A stretch of DNA of 27,260 nt from a virus (Duplodnaviria; Heunggongvirae; Uroviricota; Caudoviricetes): IMG/VR virus record IMGVR_UViG_2541047905_000014, one strand, 5' to 3'. Shown here one piece after another: positions 17,441-25,727 of the stretch. The notes beneath the pieces are model-generated. The model saw only the letters and a program-made list of their open reading frames with translations. It made no database searches and was not told the origin of the DNA. The number at the start of each line of letters is the position of its first letter. The stretch's first letter is position 1. The position numbers were made by a program, and so were the translations under genes.

Positions 17441-17468
17441 TTGATTTTTCCGGAATCTGTGGTAAATT
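17441..17468 (+). promoter_or_regulatory. Candidate late promoter PR' (with presumed qut region)
   Basis: TTGATT (17441-17446), 16-nt spacer, TAAATT (17463-17468), located just after the Q stop. Confidence 0.4.
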
Positions 17469-17515
17469 CGTCATAACGATGGGCCTTTTATGCCTGACGT
17501 TAGAAGAGTTTCTAC

Positions 17516-17542
17516 AACCCGCCGCCGAGCGGGTTTTTTATT
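17516..17542 (+). terminator. Intrinsic terminator (tR'-like) about 60 nt downstream of the candidate PR'
   Basis: AACCCGC-CGCCGA-GCGGGTT followed by TTTTTTATT. Confidence 0.6.
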
Positions 17543-17578
17543 GCGGAATTAATTACGGACCGTTATTATTCTGCTCCC

Positions 17579-17654
17579 GGCCCTTTAGCTCAGTGGTGAG
17601 AGCGAGCGACTCATAATCGCCAGGTCGCTGGTTCAAATCCAGCAAGGGCCACCA
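17579..17654 (+). tRNA. ileZ: tRNA with CAU anticodon, ileX/ileZ-like (tRNA-Ile2, lysidine-modified) rather than tRNA-Met
   Basis: Cloverleaf: acceptor GGCCCTT/AAGGGCC, anticodon loop CTCATAA, T-loop GGTTCAAATCC, encoded CCA. Close to E. coli ileX by memory. Confidence 0.85.
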
Positions 17655-17754
17655 TCACAAACCGCCATTAGCTTATCAGGAAGAGCAGACGACGCGATAA
17701 CAGGGTTGTTGGTGCGGGGGCGGGTCCCCGATGGCGGTCCATTATCGGTATTCA

Positions 17755-17828
17755 GCGTTGTTAGCTCAGCCGGACAGAGCAATTGCCTTCTAAGCAATCG
17801 GTCACTGGTTCGAATCCAGTACAGCGCG
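17755..17828 (+). tRNA. argN: tRNA-Arg (UCU anticodon)
   Basis: Acceptor GCGTTGT/ACAGCGC, anticodon stem ATTGC/GCAAT with loop CTTCTAA (anticodon TCT), T-loop GGTTCGAATCC. Confidence 0.85.
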
Positions 17829-17941
17829 CTATATTCATTCTTCCAGATTCCTTCCGGCAGAGCCTTATACTGAAATATACCTGGCTCAGGATATTGTTGA
17901 AAATATTATATGTTTGTCAAAAATAAAAGTTCTGTTAAGTA

Positions 17942-18295
17942 TTGATTGAGTGTTTGTTATACGGTCTAATGGTTTTTTCAGCATTAAATATTTATCATTC
18001 ATATGGTGTGGGTAGAGTGAATATTGATGAGGCGTCGGGGTGTTTCATCCTTAGGCAGCGTATTGATATAGTCAATGCAGCACGAGCAAAGGCCTTCAGC
18101 CGTTTGACAGTTTTGTTCTGTACTCCTGATCGTCTTTCGGGAAGAGACGTTATTATTCTGAATAGTGATGCTATTCAGAGGGTTTGCGATGAGTTCATGG
18201 TTGCTAATTCAGAATTATTTGCTCTTGTTCAGGAGTACAACAGAATAGCCAGGACCTGTGGTATGGATGAACTTCGGATTACTCATCTGGGGTAG
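17942..18295 (+). CDS. Hypothetical protein in the Q-tRNA downstream cargo position
   Basis: ORF in an AT-rich context. The track start is a TTG with no RBS; a GTG at 18016 preceded by GGTGTGGG is a more plausible start (about 92 aa). No motif recognised. Confidence 0.3.
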   Translation: MIECLLYGLMVFSALNIYHSYGVGRVNIDEASGCFILRQRIDIVNAARAKAFSRLTVLFCTPDRLSGRDVIILNSDAIQRVCDEFMVANSELFALVQEYNRIARTCGMDELRITHLG

Positions 18296-18688
18296 ATACA
18301 TATCTGGATTATCACTTGTTACGGTAAAAAGTGATTGCTTACTGTTTTTGTGAGTGGCATTGCAGCAGCCGGATAATGTCAGTGCTGGCTGACGGTGTGC
18401 TGGTGGCGGGTGTGGTGGTTGTTGCTTTCCCGTTGCTGAAAAAGAAAACGCCAGACTGTTAGCCGGGTATCAGTTAGCGGGAGAAATTTTTAAATACTTC
18501 ACAATTCAGGCGGTTGACTGTTGTCTGGTTTGCGGGGAGTTTGTTAAAAGAAACTGGCATGGTGAATCCCCCTGTGCGGAGGGGCAATCAGCGAGTAGGT
18601 ATATGGGATAATCGCGGATTCAGGTGCTGGTACTGAATTCACCGGGAGGCACCCGGCACCATGCAATGGCACATAGCGCCACTCTCCA

Positions 18689-18725
18689 GCCCCTCTCCGG
18701 AGGGGCTGTTTATATTGATTTTGTC
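18689..18725 (+). terminator. Intrinsic terminator closing a roughly 400-bp ORF-free, GC-richer segment
   Basis: GCCCCTC-TCCG-GAGGGGC followed by TGTTTATATTGATTTTGTC. Confidence 0.5.
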
Positions 18726-18742
18726 AGATGTGAGTAAACTCC

Positions 18743-19078
18743 TTATGGACTTTGTTGTTTTAGTCCATAAGGACATATTTGCAGAGTGCAACGGTTATTA
18801 AAGCATTCATTCAATACGTTATCTGTATTTGTAGGACATTCCTGGCTGTTTTTGATTAAATTCCAGAATGTTTTATTGAATGGTGCTACGTTGTAAATGG
18901 TTACAGGTAGCACTTTGTTATTGAGCATGATACCTGTGTGAGTCAGTGTAAATATACTTTCAGGAGGTAAGAAAGCATCCGATTGATACCAGATTATTAA
19001 TTTTATTTTACTCCATATGACTGAAAAAGATATTCCGCATGATGGCTGGATAACTGTATCAATCACAATCCACTTCAT
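18743..19078 (-). CDS. Hypothetical Cys-containing protein (111 aa), AT-rich, antisense to the late operon
   Basis: AAGGAAA RBS 5 nt before the ATG at 19078. Low GC. An 11-bp perfect inverted repeat (CCTTATGGACT...AGTCCATAAGG, 18741-18775) overlaps its stop codon. Confidence 0.45.
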   Translation of the reverse strand: MKWIVIDTVIQPSCGISFSVIWSKIKLIIWYQSDAFLPPESIFTLTHTGIMLNNKVLPVTIYNVAPFNKTFWNLIKNSQECPTNTDNVLNECFNNRCTLQICPYGLKQQSP

Positions 19079-19338
19079 TTAGTTTCCTTGTTTATGTCTT
19101 GCTGGTGATGTTCTGAAAAGTATAAATGATATTTTTGAATGTAAACCATAGAGCAGAATTATTTTTCTGATGTTGTTTATTGTTTATTTAAATGCAGGGT
19201 GGTTTATATCTCGTCTTGTAGTTTATCCATGCATATCTGCTTGATGATGAGGTTTTTATTTAAGGTATGGTTTTGTGTTTTTTCTGTATTACATGTCAGG
19301 TATTTTAAAGAATTATTTTTCAGATGGTGGAAAGAACC

Positions 19339-21300
19339 ATGGCATTTAAACACTATGATGTTGTCAGGGCGGCATCGCCGTCAGACCTTGCGAAACGACT
19401 GACACAAAAACTGAAGGAGGGGTGGCAGCCATTTGGCAGTCCGGTGGCCATCACGCCTTATACCCTGATGCAGGCCATTGCGGCGGAAGGTGATGTCACC
19501 ACACCTGTGGTGGTGAAGCCGTCGGATGGAGAAGGCGCAGTTATCAGCACCACCAGCAACCCGGAGTATTACTTTGTTGTTGCCCTGGCCGGGCAGTCAA
19601 ACGGTATGGCGTATGGTGAAGGGCTTCCGCTGCCGGAGACATATGACCGTCCGGACCCGCGTATTAAACAGCTGGCGCGTCGCAGCACTGTCACGCCGGG
19701 TGGTGCGTCCTGTAACTACAATGACATTATTCCTGCGGACCACTGCCTGCATGATGTTCAGGATTTGAGTAAGTTTTCACACCCGAAAGCCAGCGCAGCT
19801 CAGTATGGATGCGTGGGGCAGGGATTACATATCGCGAAGAAATTGTTGCCGTTTATTCCGGCGAATGCCGGTATTCTTCTGGTTCCGTGCTGCCGTGGTG
19901 GTTCTGCATTTTTGGCGGGCGATGAAGGTACCTTCAGCGAATCCACCGGCGCAAGCGAGACCTCGGCACGCTGGGGTGTTGATAAGCCACTGTACAAGGA
20001 CCTGCTTACCCGTACTCAGGCCGCACTGAAGGCCAACCCTAAAAATATTCTGCTTGCAGTGGTCTGGATGCAGGGCGAGTTTGATTTGAAACAGGGTGCA
20101 TACGCCACTCAGCCGGGGCTGTTTGATTCCATGGTGGAAAAATATCGTTCTGACCTGTCGGAATTCGGAGGTCAGTGTCTCGGGGGCTCTCCGTCATCGG
20201 TTCCCTGGATTTGTGGCGACACGACCTACTACTGGAAGCAGACTTATTCTTCGCAATACGATGCGGTGTATGGTGCATACAAGACGAAATCCGCAAAAAA
20301 AATCTTCTTTGTGCCGTTTATGACGGATGAAAACGGGCGAAATGTGGGTACCAACGAGCCGTCAGAAGATCCGGATGTTGCGGATATTGGGTATTACGGA
20401 GCCGGTGGTCGAACGGACGCCAAAACCTGGACGACGGCCGACCGTAAAACGCATTTTGGATCATGGGCACGTCGTGGGATTATTTCCGACCGTCTGGCAA
20501 CGGCGATTCTTGTGCATGCCGGGAGAAACGCTGAATTCATTACCGGAAAACAGCCTGATACGGTGAAGCCCACCGGACCTTCCGGTGAAGGTACGGAGAG
20601 AGAGCCGGAAGCCCCGGTCAGTAACCGAACCCTGATGAGTCTGCTGGCGTCCGGCGAAGACCTGGCATCACAGGGCTGGCGCTATTATCACAAACCGGCG
20701 AGCGGAGACAATGTTAACAAAAACATTGCTGAAGCGGTGGTCAGTGATGCGGGGGCTACGGGAGGTAAGGCCCTGCAACTGAATAAACCGGAAAACCACA
20801 TCTGGTTTCTGGAGCATGATGCAGCCGGACAGGGAGTGGAGTTACTGAAGAAGGGGGGACGTGTGAGCGTACGGTTTAAGTTGCCGGGTTCACTGGTGCC
20901 GAATCAGTTTGCCCTGGGCATTTACTGGCAGTTGTCGTCCCTGCCGGAGGGAGTGACGCTGGCAGAGGAAGGCAACGACATGCTGATGTCCTTCTTTCTG
21001 CAGACGGATGCGACGAACCTGAACGCGATGCACCACAAGAAGCCGAATGCGAAGCTGGAAACGTTCGGGGTCTTTGATAACGGATGGCACACACTGGCTT
21101 TTGAGTTTGCCGGAAACAACAGCATTCAGGTGACGCCGGTACTGGATGAGAAACGGGGGACGCCGTTCACACTGGTGAAATCTCCGGCATCAGGGGCGGC
21201 GGACAAACTGCAACTGACAGGCATATCAAAGGCGGCGACATATACGCTGCTGATTGACAGTGTGAAGGTGGAAGTGAACAACGCGGACATCGCGGCATGA
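19339..21300 (+). CDS. nanS: Prophage sialate O-acetylesterase NanS-p (DUF1737 N-terminal domain plus SASA/SGNH esterase)
   Basis: N-terminus MAFKHYDVVRAASPSDLAKRL (DUF1737-like) and the catalytic-serine block VVALAGQSNGMAYGEG (GQSN motif). Size and position downstream of Q-tRNA match nanS-p of EHEC prophages. ATG at 19339 follows GGTGG; the track start at 19324 has no RBS. Confidence 0.85.
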   Translation: MAFKHYDVVRAASPSDLAKRLTQKLKEGWQPFGSPVAITPYTLMQAIAAEGDVTTPVVVKPSDGEGAVISTTSNPEYYFVVALAGQSNGMAYGEGLPLPETYDRPDPRIKQLARRSTVTPGGASCNYNDIIPADHCLHDVQDLSKFSHPKASAAQYGCVGQGLHIAKKLLPFIPANAGILLVPCCRGGSAFLAGDEGTFSESTGASETSARWGVDKPLYKDLLTRTQAALKANPKNILLAVVWMQGEFDLKQGAYATQPGLFDSMVEKYRSDLSEFGGQCLGGSPSSVPWICGDTTYYWKQTYSSQYDAVYGAYKTKSAKKIFFVPFMTDENGRNVGTNEPSEDPDVADIGYYGAGGRTDAKTWTTADRKTHFGSWARRGIISDRLATAILVHAGRNAEFITGKQPDTVKPTGPSGEGTEREPEAPVSNRTLMSLLASGEDLASQGWRYYHKPASGDNVNKNIAEAVVSDAGATGGKALQLNKPENHIWFLEHDAAGQGVELLKKGGRVSVRFKLPGSLVPNQFALGIYWQLSSLPEGVTLAEEGNDMLMSFFLQTDATNLNAMHHKKPNAKLETFGVFDNGWHTLAFEFAGNNSIQVTPVLDEKRGTPFTLVKSPASGAADKLQLTGISKAATYTLLIDSVKVEVNNADIAA

Positions 21301-21301
21301 T

Positions 21302-21338
21302 AAAAAAAGCCGCCAGCGGCAGGAATGGAAGCTGGCGG
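21302..21338. terminator. Hairpin after nanS-p; looks like an intrinsic terminator only in the minus orientation
   Basis: CCGCCAGC-13 nt loop-GCTGGCGG. An A7 run precedes it on the plus strand (a T7 run follows on the minus strand), and there is no U-tract on the plus side. Confidence 0.35.
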
Positions 21339-21656
21339 AGGTAATCCCAATGGAGAATGTAAAGAAAAGATGCTTTCGACATCAATCATTTCTAAATGAA
21401 AACAGTTCTCATTGTCAACCATAACGGTAAGAAATTATGACATTTATTCATCAGGTAATGCTGTACTTCTGTATGGCAGTCTGTGTTATGTATCTTCTTT
21501 CGGGTGGATACAGGGCAGTGCGCGATTTCTGGCGCAGGCAGATTGATAAAAGGGCCGCTGAGAGAATCAGCGCCAGTCAGTCAGCCGGAAGCAAACCCGA
21601 AGATCCGCTCATTCCGTAGTCACTTTCTTGACAACACCTTTCAACGAGAAAATCCC

Positions 21657-21902
21657 ATGTCAGAAATCACATCCCTGGTCACTGCTGAGGCAGTGAAGGA
21701 AGTCCTGCGCTCTGAAGAAGTCCTGAGCGCACTGAAACAGAAACTCCGCCAGAACCTTGAGTCGCGTCTTGATGCAGAAGTGGATGCCATTCTGGATGAG
21801 CTGCTGGGCGTACCAGCGGTTCCGGAGCCGGAAGGTATCGCGGGTGACGGGAGTGCTTCAGATGGCGGTGAACCCACACCTGACAGCGACATGATGATGT
21901 AA
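21657..21902 (+). CDS. Hypothetical acidic protein (81 aa)
   Basis: Internal ATG at 21657 in the 21483..21902 ORF; weak RBS. Placement between nanS-p and the holin. Confidence 0.4.
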   Translation: MSEITSLVTAEAVKEVLRSEEVLSALKQKLRQNLESRLDAEVDAILDELLGVPAVPEPEGIAGDGSASDGGEPTPDSDMMM

Positions 21903-21978
21903 GCCTGCGCAAGGGACCATCGGTGTGTGCCGGTGGTCTTTATATTGTTGTGAGCTTCCGGATAACGGGAGACGGGGT

Positions 21979-22194
21979 ATGTACCAGATGGAAAAAATCA
22001 CAACAGGTGTGTCATACACCACGTCAGCGGTGGGAACGGGCTACTGGTTCCTGCAGTTGCTGGACAGGGTTTCCCCGTCTCAGTGGGCGGCAATAGGCGT
22101 GCTGGGGAGTCTGCTGTTTGGGCTGCTGACGTACCTGACTAACCTGTATTTCAAAATCAAAGAGGACCGGCGTAAGGCGGCGCGGGGAGAGTAA
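21979..22194 (+). CDS. Holin S (71 aa) with dual-start motif
   Basis: MYQMEK... gives Met1 and Met4 starts. Hydrophobic segments and a charged C-terminus ([13 protein letters not shown]). GGAG RBS. It heads the lysis cassette. Confidence 0.85.
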   Translation: MYQMEKITTGVSYTTSAVGTGYWFLQLLDRVSPSQWAAIGVLGSLLFGLLTYLTNLYFKIKEDRRKAARGE

Positions 22195-22198
22195 AGTG

Positions 22199-23089
22199 AT
22201 GAATAAAAAATATGAACTGGTTGTTAAGGGGATAAATAATTACGGGGATAAGGTTACTGTTACTGTGAAGCCGGAAGGTGACGGGCAAGCGTCGCTGTTG
22301 TTGCCAGATGTGGCGATTAGTCTTGACCGTACTGAAGGTGCCACGCTGGAGTTTTACGAAGCTGAGGCGAAAAAGCAGGCGAAGCAGTTTTTCATGGATG
22401 TTGCTGCCGGGTTATGTGAATGGAACGAACCGTTGCCGGAAAAGCGCCCCGTAATTTTAGAGGCGCAGGATGTGTTGATAACCTACAAAGGAAAGCTACC
22501 GGGAAGAATTACTTGTTCTCTGAAGATGCCGCCGTCAACACTGCGGTCAGAAAAAGATGATGTTGAATCACGTATTGAAAAACTGGAGAGCTACGTCGTT
22601 GAGCTGAATAAGAAATGGTCGATATTGGTGCCTTCTGGCGATGAAAAGCAGTTTGCTGCGTTTGACGATTATTGTCGGAAAGTGATGAGCAGAAATCTCG
22701 CAGAGTGTTTCAGTATTCATAATGATAATTTCAGTGAGCTGGAATGGGAGTGTAACCGGCCATCCTTTGTTGTATCCGGTGATGCTGGGAAAATAACCAT
22801 CTCAGAAAATGGGAAAGTAACACCTCCATCGCACCAGCACAGTGAGGAGCTCATTGAATTTGCCATTGATTACCTGAAGAACAATAAAAAGCAGGGGCTG
22901 ATGAAGCGCGTTGGCCGTTGCATGGGATATCTTCAGGTAGCCGCTGAGATTGAAGCGCTGGCCAGTGGTGCTGATAAGGATGCAATTGTGCGGGAGGCTC
23001 TTCTTCGTGATTTTAATACTCCACCCTTTAAAAAAGTGCCGGCTTACTGGCTTCATCCGGGGCTGACTTATCTTAAAGTGCGTATTTAG
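22199..23089 (+). CDS. Hypothetical protein (296 aa) inserted between holin and endolysin
   Basis: ORF begins 4 nt after the holin stop and ends 36 nt before the endolysin. Moderately AT-rich. No catalytic motif recognised. Position is analogous to ydfR in Qin, but this gene is about three times longer. Confidence 0.65.
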   Translation: MNKKYELVVKGINNYGDKVTVTVKPEGDGQASLLLPDVAISLDRTEGATLEFYEAEAKKQAKQFFMDVAAGLCEWNEPLPEKRPVILEAQDVLITYKGKLPGRITCSLKMPPSTLRSEKDDVESRIEKLESYVVELNKKWSILVPSGDEKQFAAFDDYCRKVMSRNLAECFSIHNDNFSELEWECNRPSFVVSGDAGKITISENGKVTPPSHQHSEELIEFAIDYLKNNKKQGLMKRVGRCMGYLQVAAEIEALASGADKDAIVREALLRDFNTPPFKKVPAYWLHPGLTYLKVRI

Positions 23090-23125
23090 TGGGCCAGGGA
23101 CAGCGGCTGAATATTTAATATATCC

Positions 23126-23659
23126 ATGAACACCAAAATCAAATACGGCCTGTCGGCTGCCGTTCTGGCGCTGATTGCCGCTGGTGCGCCTGCGCCTGAC
23201 ATTCTCGACCAGTTTCTGGATGAAAAGGAAGGCAACCACACCACAGCATACCGTGATGGTGCAGGTATCTGGACCATCTGCCGTGGTGCCATCATGGTGG
23301 ATGGCAAACCTGTCGTTCCGGGCATGAAGTTGTCGAAGGAAAAATGCGACCAGGTTAACGCCATTGAGCGTGATAAAGCGCTGGCGTGGGTGGAGAAAAA
23401 CATCAGAGTGCCGCTGACCGAACCCCAGAAAGCGGGGATCGCGTCATTCTGTCCGTACAACATTGGTCCCGGTAAGTGTTTCCCGTCGACGTTTTACAGA
23501 CGAATTAATGCTGGTGATCGAAAAGGTGCCTGCGAAGCGATTCGCTGGTGGATTAAGGACGGTGGCAGAGACTGCCGTATTCGTTCAAACAACTGTTACG
23601 GTCAGGTATCCCGTCGTGACCAGGAGAGCGCGCTGGCGTGCTGGGGTATCGACAGATAA
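23126..23659 (+). CDS. SAR endolysin R (T4-lysozyme-like, GH24)
   Basis: N-terminal signal-anchor-release segment (LSAAVLALIAAGAPAP) and the catalytic E...D...T spacing (EGNHTTAYRDGAGIWT). Confidence 0.9.
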   Translation: MNTKIKYGLSAAVLALIAAGAPAPDILDQFLDEKEGNHTTAYRDGAGIWTICRGAIMVDGKPVVPGMKLSKEKCDQVNAIERDKALAWVEKNIRVPLTEPQKAGIASFCPYNIGPGKCFPSTFYRRINAGDRKGACEAIRWWIKDGGRDCRIRSNNCYGQVSRRDQESALACWGIDR

Positions 23660-23815
23660 GCAGAATATTTTGCTGAAAAATGAGGAATGGCCACGCGGGC
23701 GGATAACACGAAATCCTGCGAACTGGCGAAACGTAAGTGAATAAAAGTAAAAACCCCGTTTGTTGGCACCAAGCGAGGTTTTGTGTTTCTGACCTTGAGT
23801 AAGGCAAGGGAGAAC

Positions 23816-23998
23816 ATGGCGAAGTGTAAACGAATTCTGTTGAGGTTGACTATGAAAAATGGCCTTGAACTGAAAGCGCCTGTAACTGATGACATCAGCA
23901 GAGCACTGGCTTTTGCCATTAAGTGGGTGGCGGTCGGTGTTGCTGTGTCCCCGATGCTGTATGGGCTGGCAAAACTGGTCATTGCGTTGAAATCGTGA
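23816..23998 (+). CDS. Hypothetical small protein with C-terminal hydrophobic helix (60 aa)
   Basis: GGGAG 3 nt before the ATG at 23816. Lies between endolysin and Rz. Confidence 0.3.
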   Translation: MAKCKRILLRLTMKNGLELKAPVTDDISRALAFAIKWVAVGVAVSPMLYGLAKLVIALKS

Positions 23999-24012
23999 AG
24001 GGAGGATTAAGC

Positions 24013-24144
24013 ATGTCAGACAAACTCATAACGCTGGCGAAGATCCTCTGTGTAATTGTCGGCATTTCATTTTCACTAATGCTGGTTGCTCTTTTTCTTT
24101 CCATGGCCTGGATGATGTTGTCTTCGTCGGGGTTGCTGGGGTGA
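24013..24144 (+). CDS. Small hydrophobic membrane protein (43 aa), translationally coupled to Rz
   Basis: GGGAGG RBS 6 nt before the ATG at 24013. Its stop overlaps the Rz GTG (GTGA). Almost entirely hydrophobic ([26 protein letters not shown]). Confidence 0.4.
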   Translation: MSDKLITLAKILCVIVGISFSLMLVALFLSMAWMMLSSSGLLG

Positions 24145-24614
24145 ACATAAACCGAATGCTTTCCGCGTTTATCGTTATTCTGCTGGTGGCCTGTGGTGCG
24201 CTGTGGATGGCAACAGACCATTACCGTGATAACGCGATTACCTACAAAGCGCAGCGCGATAACAAAGCCAGTGAACTGAAGCTGGCGAACGCAACCATTA
24301 CTGATATGCAGGTGCGCCAGCGCGATGTTGCTGCGCTCGATGCAAAATACTCGAGGGAATTAGCCGATGCGAGAGCTGAAAATGAAACTCTTCGCGCTGA
24401 CGTTGCCGCTGGTCGTAAGCGCCTGCGGATCAACGCCACCTGTCCAGGCTCCGTGCGTGAAGCCCCCACCACCTCCGGCGTGGATAATGCAACCGGCCCC
24501 CAACTGGCAGACACCGTTACACGGGATTATTTCACCCTCAGAGAGCGGCTGATGACGATGCACAAGCAACTGGAAGGGGCACAGGACTATATCCGCACTC
24601 AGTGCCTGAAATAA
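24141..24614 (+). CDS. i-spanin Rz
   Basis: Strong similarity to lambda Rz by eye ([14 protein letters not shown]...[19 protein letters not shown]). The true start may be the ATG at 24156 rather than the GTG at 24141. Confidence 0.85.
   Translation: MNINRMLSAFIVILLVACGALWMATDHYRDNAITYKAQRDNKASELKLANATITDMQVRQRDVAALDAKYSRELADARAENETLRADVAAGRKRLRINATCPGSVREAPTTSGVDNATGPQLADTVTRDYFTLRERLMTMHKQLEGAQDYIRTQCLK
24367..24552 (+). CDS. o-spanin Rz1 (lipoprotein embedded in the +1 frame of Rz)
   Basis: Lipobox LVVSAC and proline-rich [14 protein letters not shown], as in lambda Rz1. Confidence 0.8.
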   Translation: MRELKMKLFALTLPLVVSACGSTPPVQAPCVKPPPPPAWIMQPAPNWQTPLHGIISPSESG

Positions 24615-24924
24615 GTTTTGTTGATGCGCCGTATCGTCGCTATATTCCCTCATTAACAGAGACCGCAGCCCGACAGGGAGACTCCTCTGCGCGAGTGTGC
24701 GGGGATAATTAAAAACGATGCACACCGGGTTTTTACCGCGTTAATGATTCGCGGGTTTATCCCGGTGCGATGGTGGAAGAAACAGGAAGCTGTATTACAG
24801 AAAGTGCTACTACTGTATCCCGATGCGATGTATGTAATGTGAGTCAGATAATGGCACAGGATGTGGTGATGTGGCAGTCTGGAACACAGGATATATTGTC
24901 AGAATAAGACCCGTAGGAATAAAA

Positions 24925-25251
24925 ATGAAAAGACGCCTTTTACTACTTTTTCTGTTATCTGTCCTGGCAGTGGGATGCTCGCAGCAAAAAGCTGATGAGC
25001 CCCGGCAATTAGTGACGGTGTATCCACGATATCCGGAATATGCTGCAGCAAATTATATCAAGGGGCTGGTTGAGGTTAAGTTCGATATTGGTGCTGATGG
25101 GACTGTGACACGGATCGTTTTTCTCCGCTCAGAGCCTCATAATTTGTTTCGTGATGAAGTGGTGAAGGCCATGGCGAAATGGCGATTTGAAAAGAATCGC
25201 CCCTGTCAGGGAGTGAAGAGACAATTTATCTTTACGCCGTCACGTCCCTGA
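24925..25251 (+). CDS. Lipoprotein with TonB C-terminal-like domain
   Basis: Signal peptide plus lipobox (LLSVLAVGC). The mature part aligns by eye with E. coli TonB C-terminal domain: PRYPEYAAANYIKGLVEVKFDIGADGTVTRIVFLRSEPHNLFRDEVVKAMAKWRFEKNRP versus [60 protein letters not shown]. AGGAA RBS. Confidence 0.7.
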   Translation: MKRRLLLLFLLSVLAVGCSQQKADEPRQLVTVYPRYPEYAAANYIKGLVEVKFDIGADGTVTRIVFLRSEPHNLFRDEVVKAMAKWRFEKNRPCQGVKRQFIFTPSRP

Positions 25252-25345
25252 TGCTTCCAGGTAGAGAGGGGCTGGACGCAGGAGAAAAATGAAAGAGCCA
25301 GCGGTTATATTTTTGTCATGGCTGACGAGGAATGATGGAAGAAGG

Positions 25346-25395
25346 CGTTGTATGCCACACAACGCCTCACTGTTCATTTCTTCTTTTTCTCTGGT
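25346..25395. terminator. Hairpin plus T-tract terminator, possibly bidirectional
   Basis: GGCGTTGT-ATGCCAC-ACAACGCC followed by TCACTGTTCATTTCTTCTTTTTCTC. Confidence 0.5.
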
Positions 25396-25727
25396 GGAAC
25401 CCGATGAATAAGAGTTGCACTGGTTTCCGATGAGATGGCGATATACTCGGGCAAAGTATGCTGGCAGTTTTCCAACTGGTCAAAAATACCTGCTCTCGTC
25501 TGTTGCAATGCCTGCAGCATGCGGCGGCAATGCGCCTTGCTTTTACTAACCATCTTTCCTTCCTCTATCAGTCGCTGCGTGAACTCATCATGTAATACCA
25601 GGTAAATGCGGATGTTATCGGTTTTGGCTACGCAGCATAGTACAAAACGGACAGGTGCATCCCGGGACGGGGGAGGCGTCACATGTCCCTGTGATGGTTG
25701 TTCCGGGTAATGCACTGTGTGGGGCAT
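25374..25727 (-). CDS. Hypothetical ORF near the cos region (117 aa)
   Basis: Its C-terminal KKKK is encoded by the terminator T-tract. It overlaps a second minus-strand ORF in another frame. Possibly a frameshifted or remnant gene. Confidence 0.3.
   Translation of the reverse strand: MPHTVHYPEQPSQGHVTPPPSRDAPVRFVLCCVAKTDNIRIYLVLHDEFTQRLIEEGKMVSKSKAHCRRMLQALQQTRAGIFDQLENCQHTLPEYIAISSETSATLIHRVPPEKKKK

Noticed and set aside
17655-17754. Possible third tRNA between the two tRNA genes, as in the ileZ-argN-argO arrangement of some Stx phages
   Set aside because: No acceptor stem or T-loop (GTTCGAATCC-type) signature is present in this 100-nt interval. At most it is a degraded remnant.
17831-19338. 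Shiga toxin genes stxA/stxB at the canonical site downstream of Q and the tRNAs
   Set aside because: No ORF of appropriate size (about 320 aa plus about 90 aa with signal peptides) is present. The interval holds only unrelated small ORFs.
19526-21125. Numerous short ORFs in alternate frames within nanS-p
   Set aside because: They overlap a long ORF with clear esterase motifs and have no independent support.
21302-21338. Hairpin after nanS-p as the plus-strand terminator of the nanS-p transcript
   Set aside because: No U-tract follows it on the plus strand. It looks like a terminator only in the minus orientation, so it is recorded as a low-confidence feature rather than a finding.
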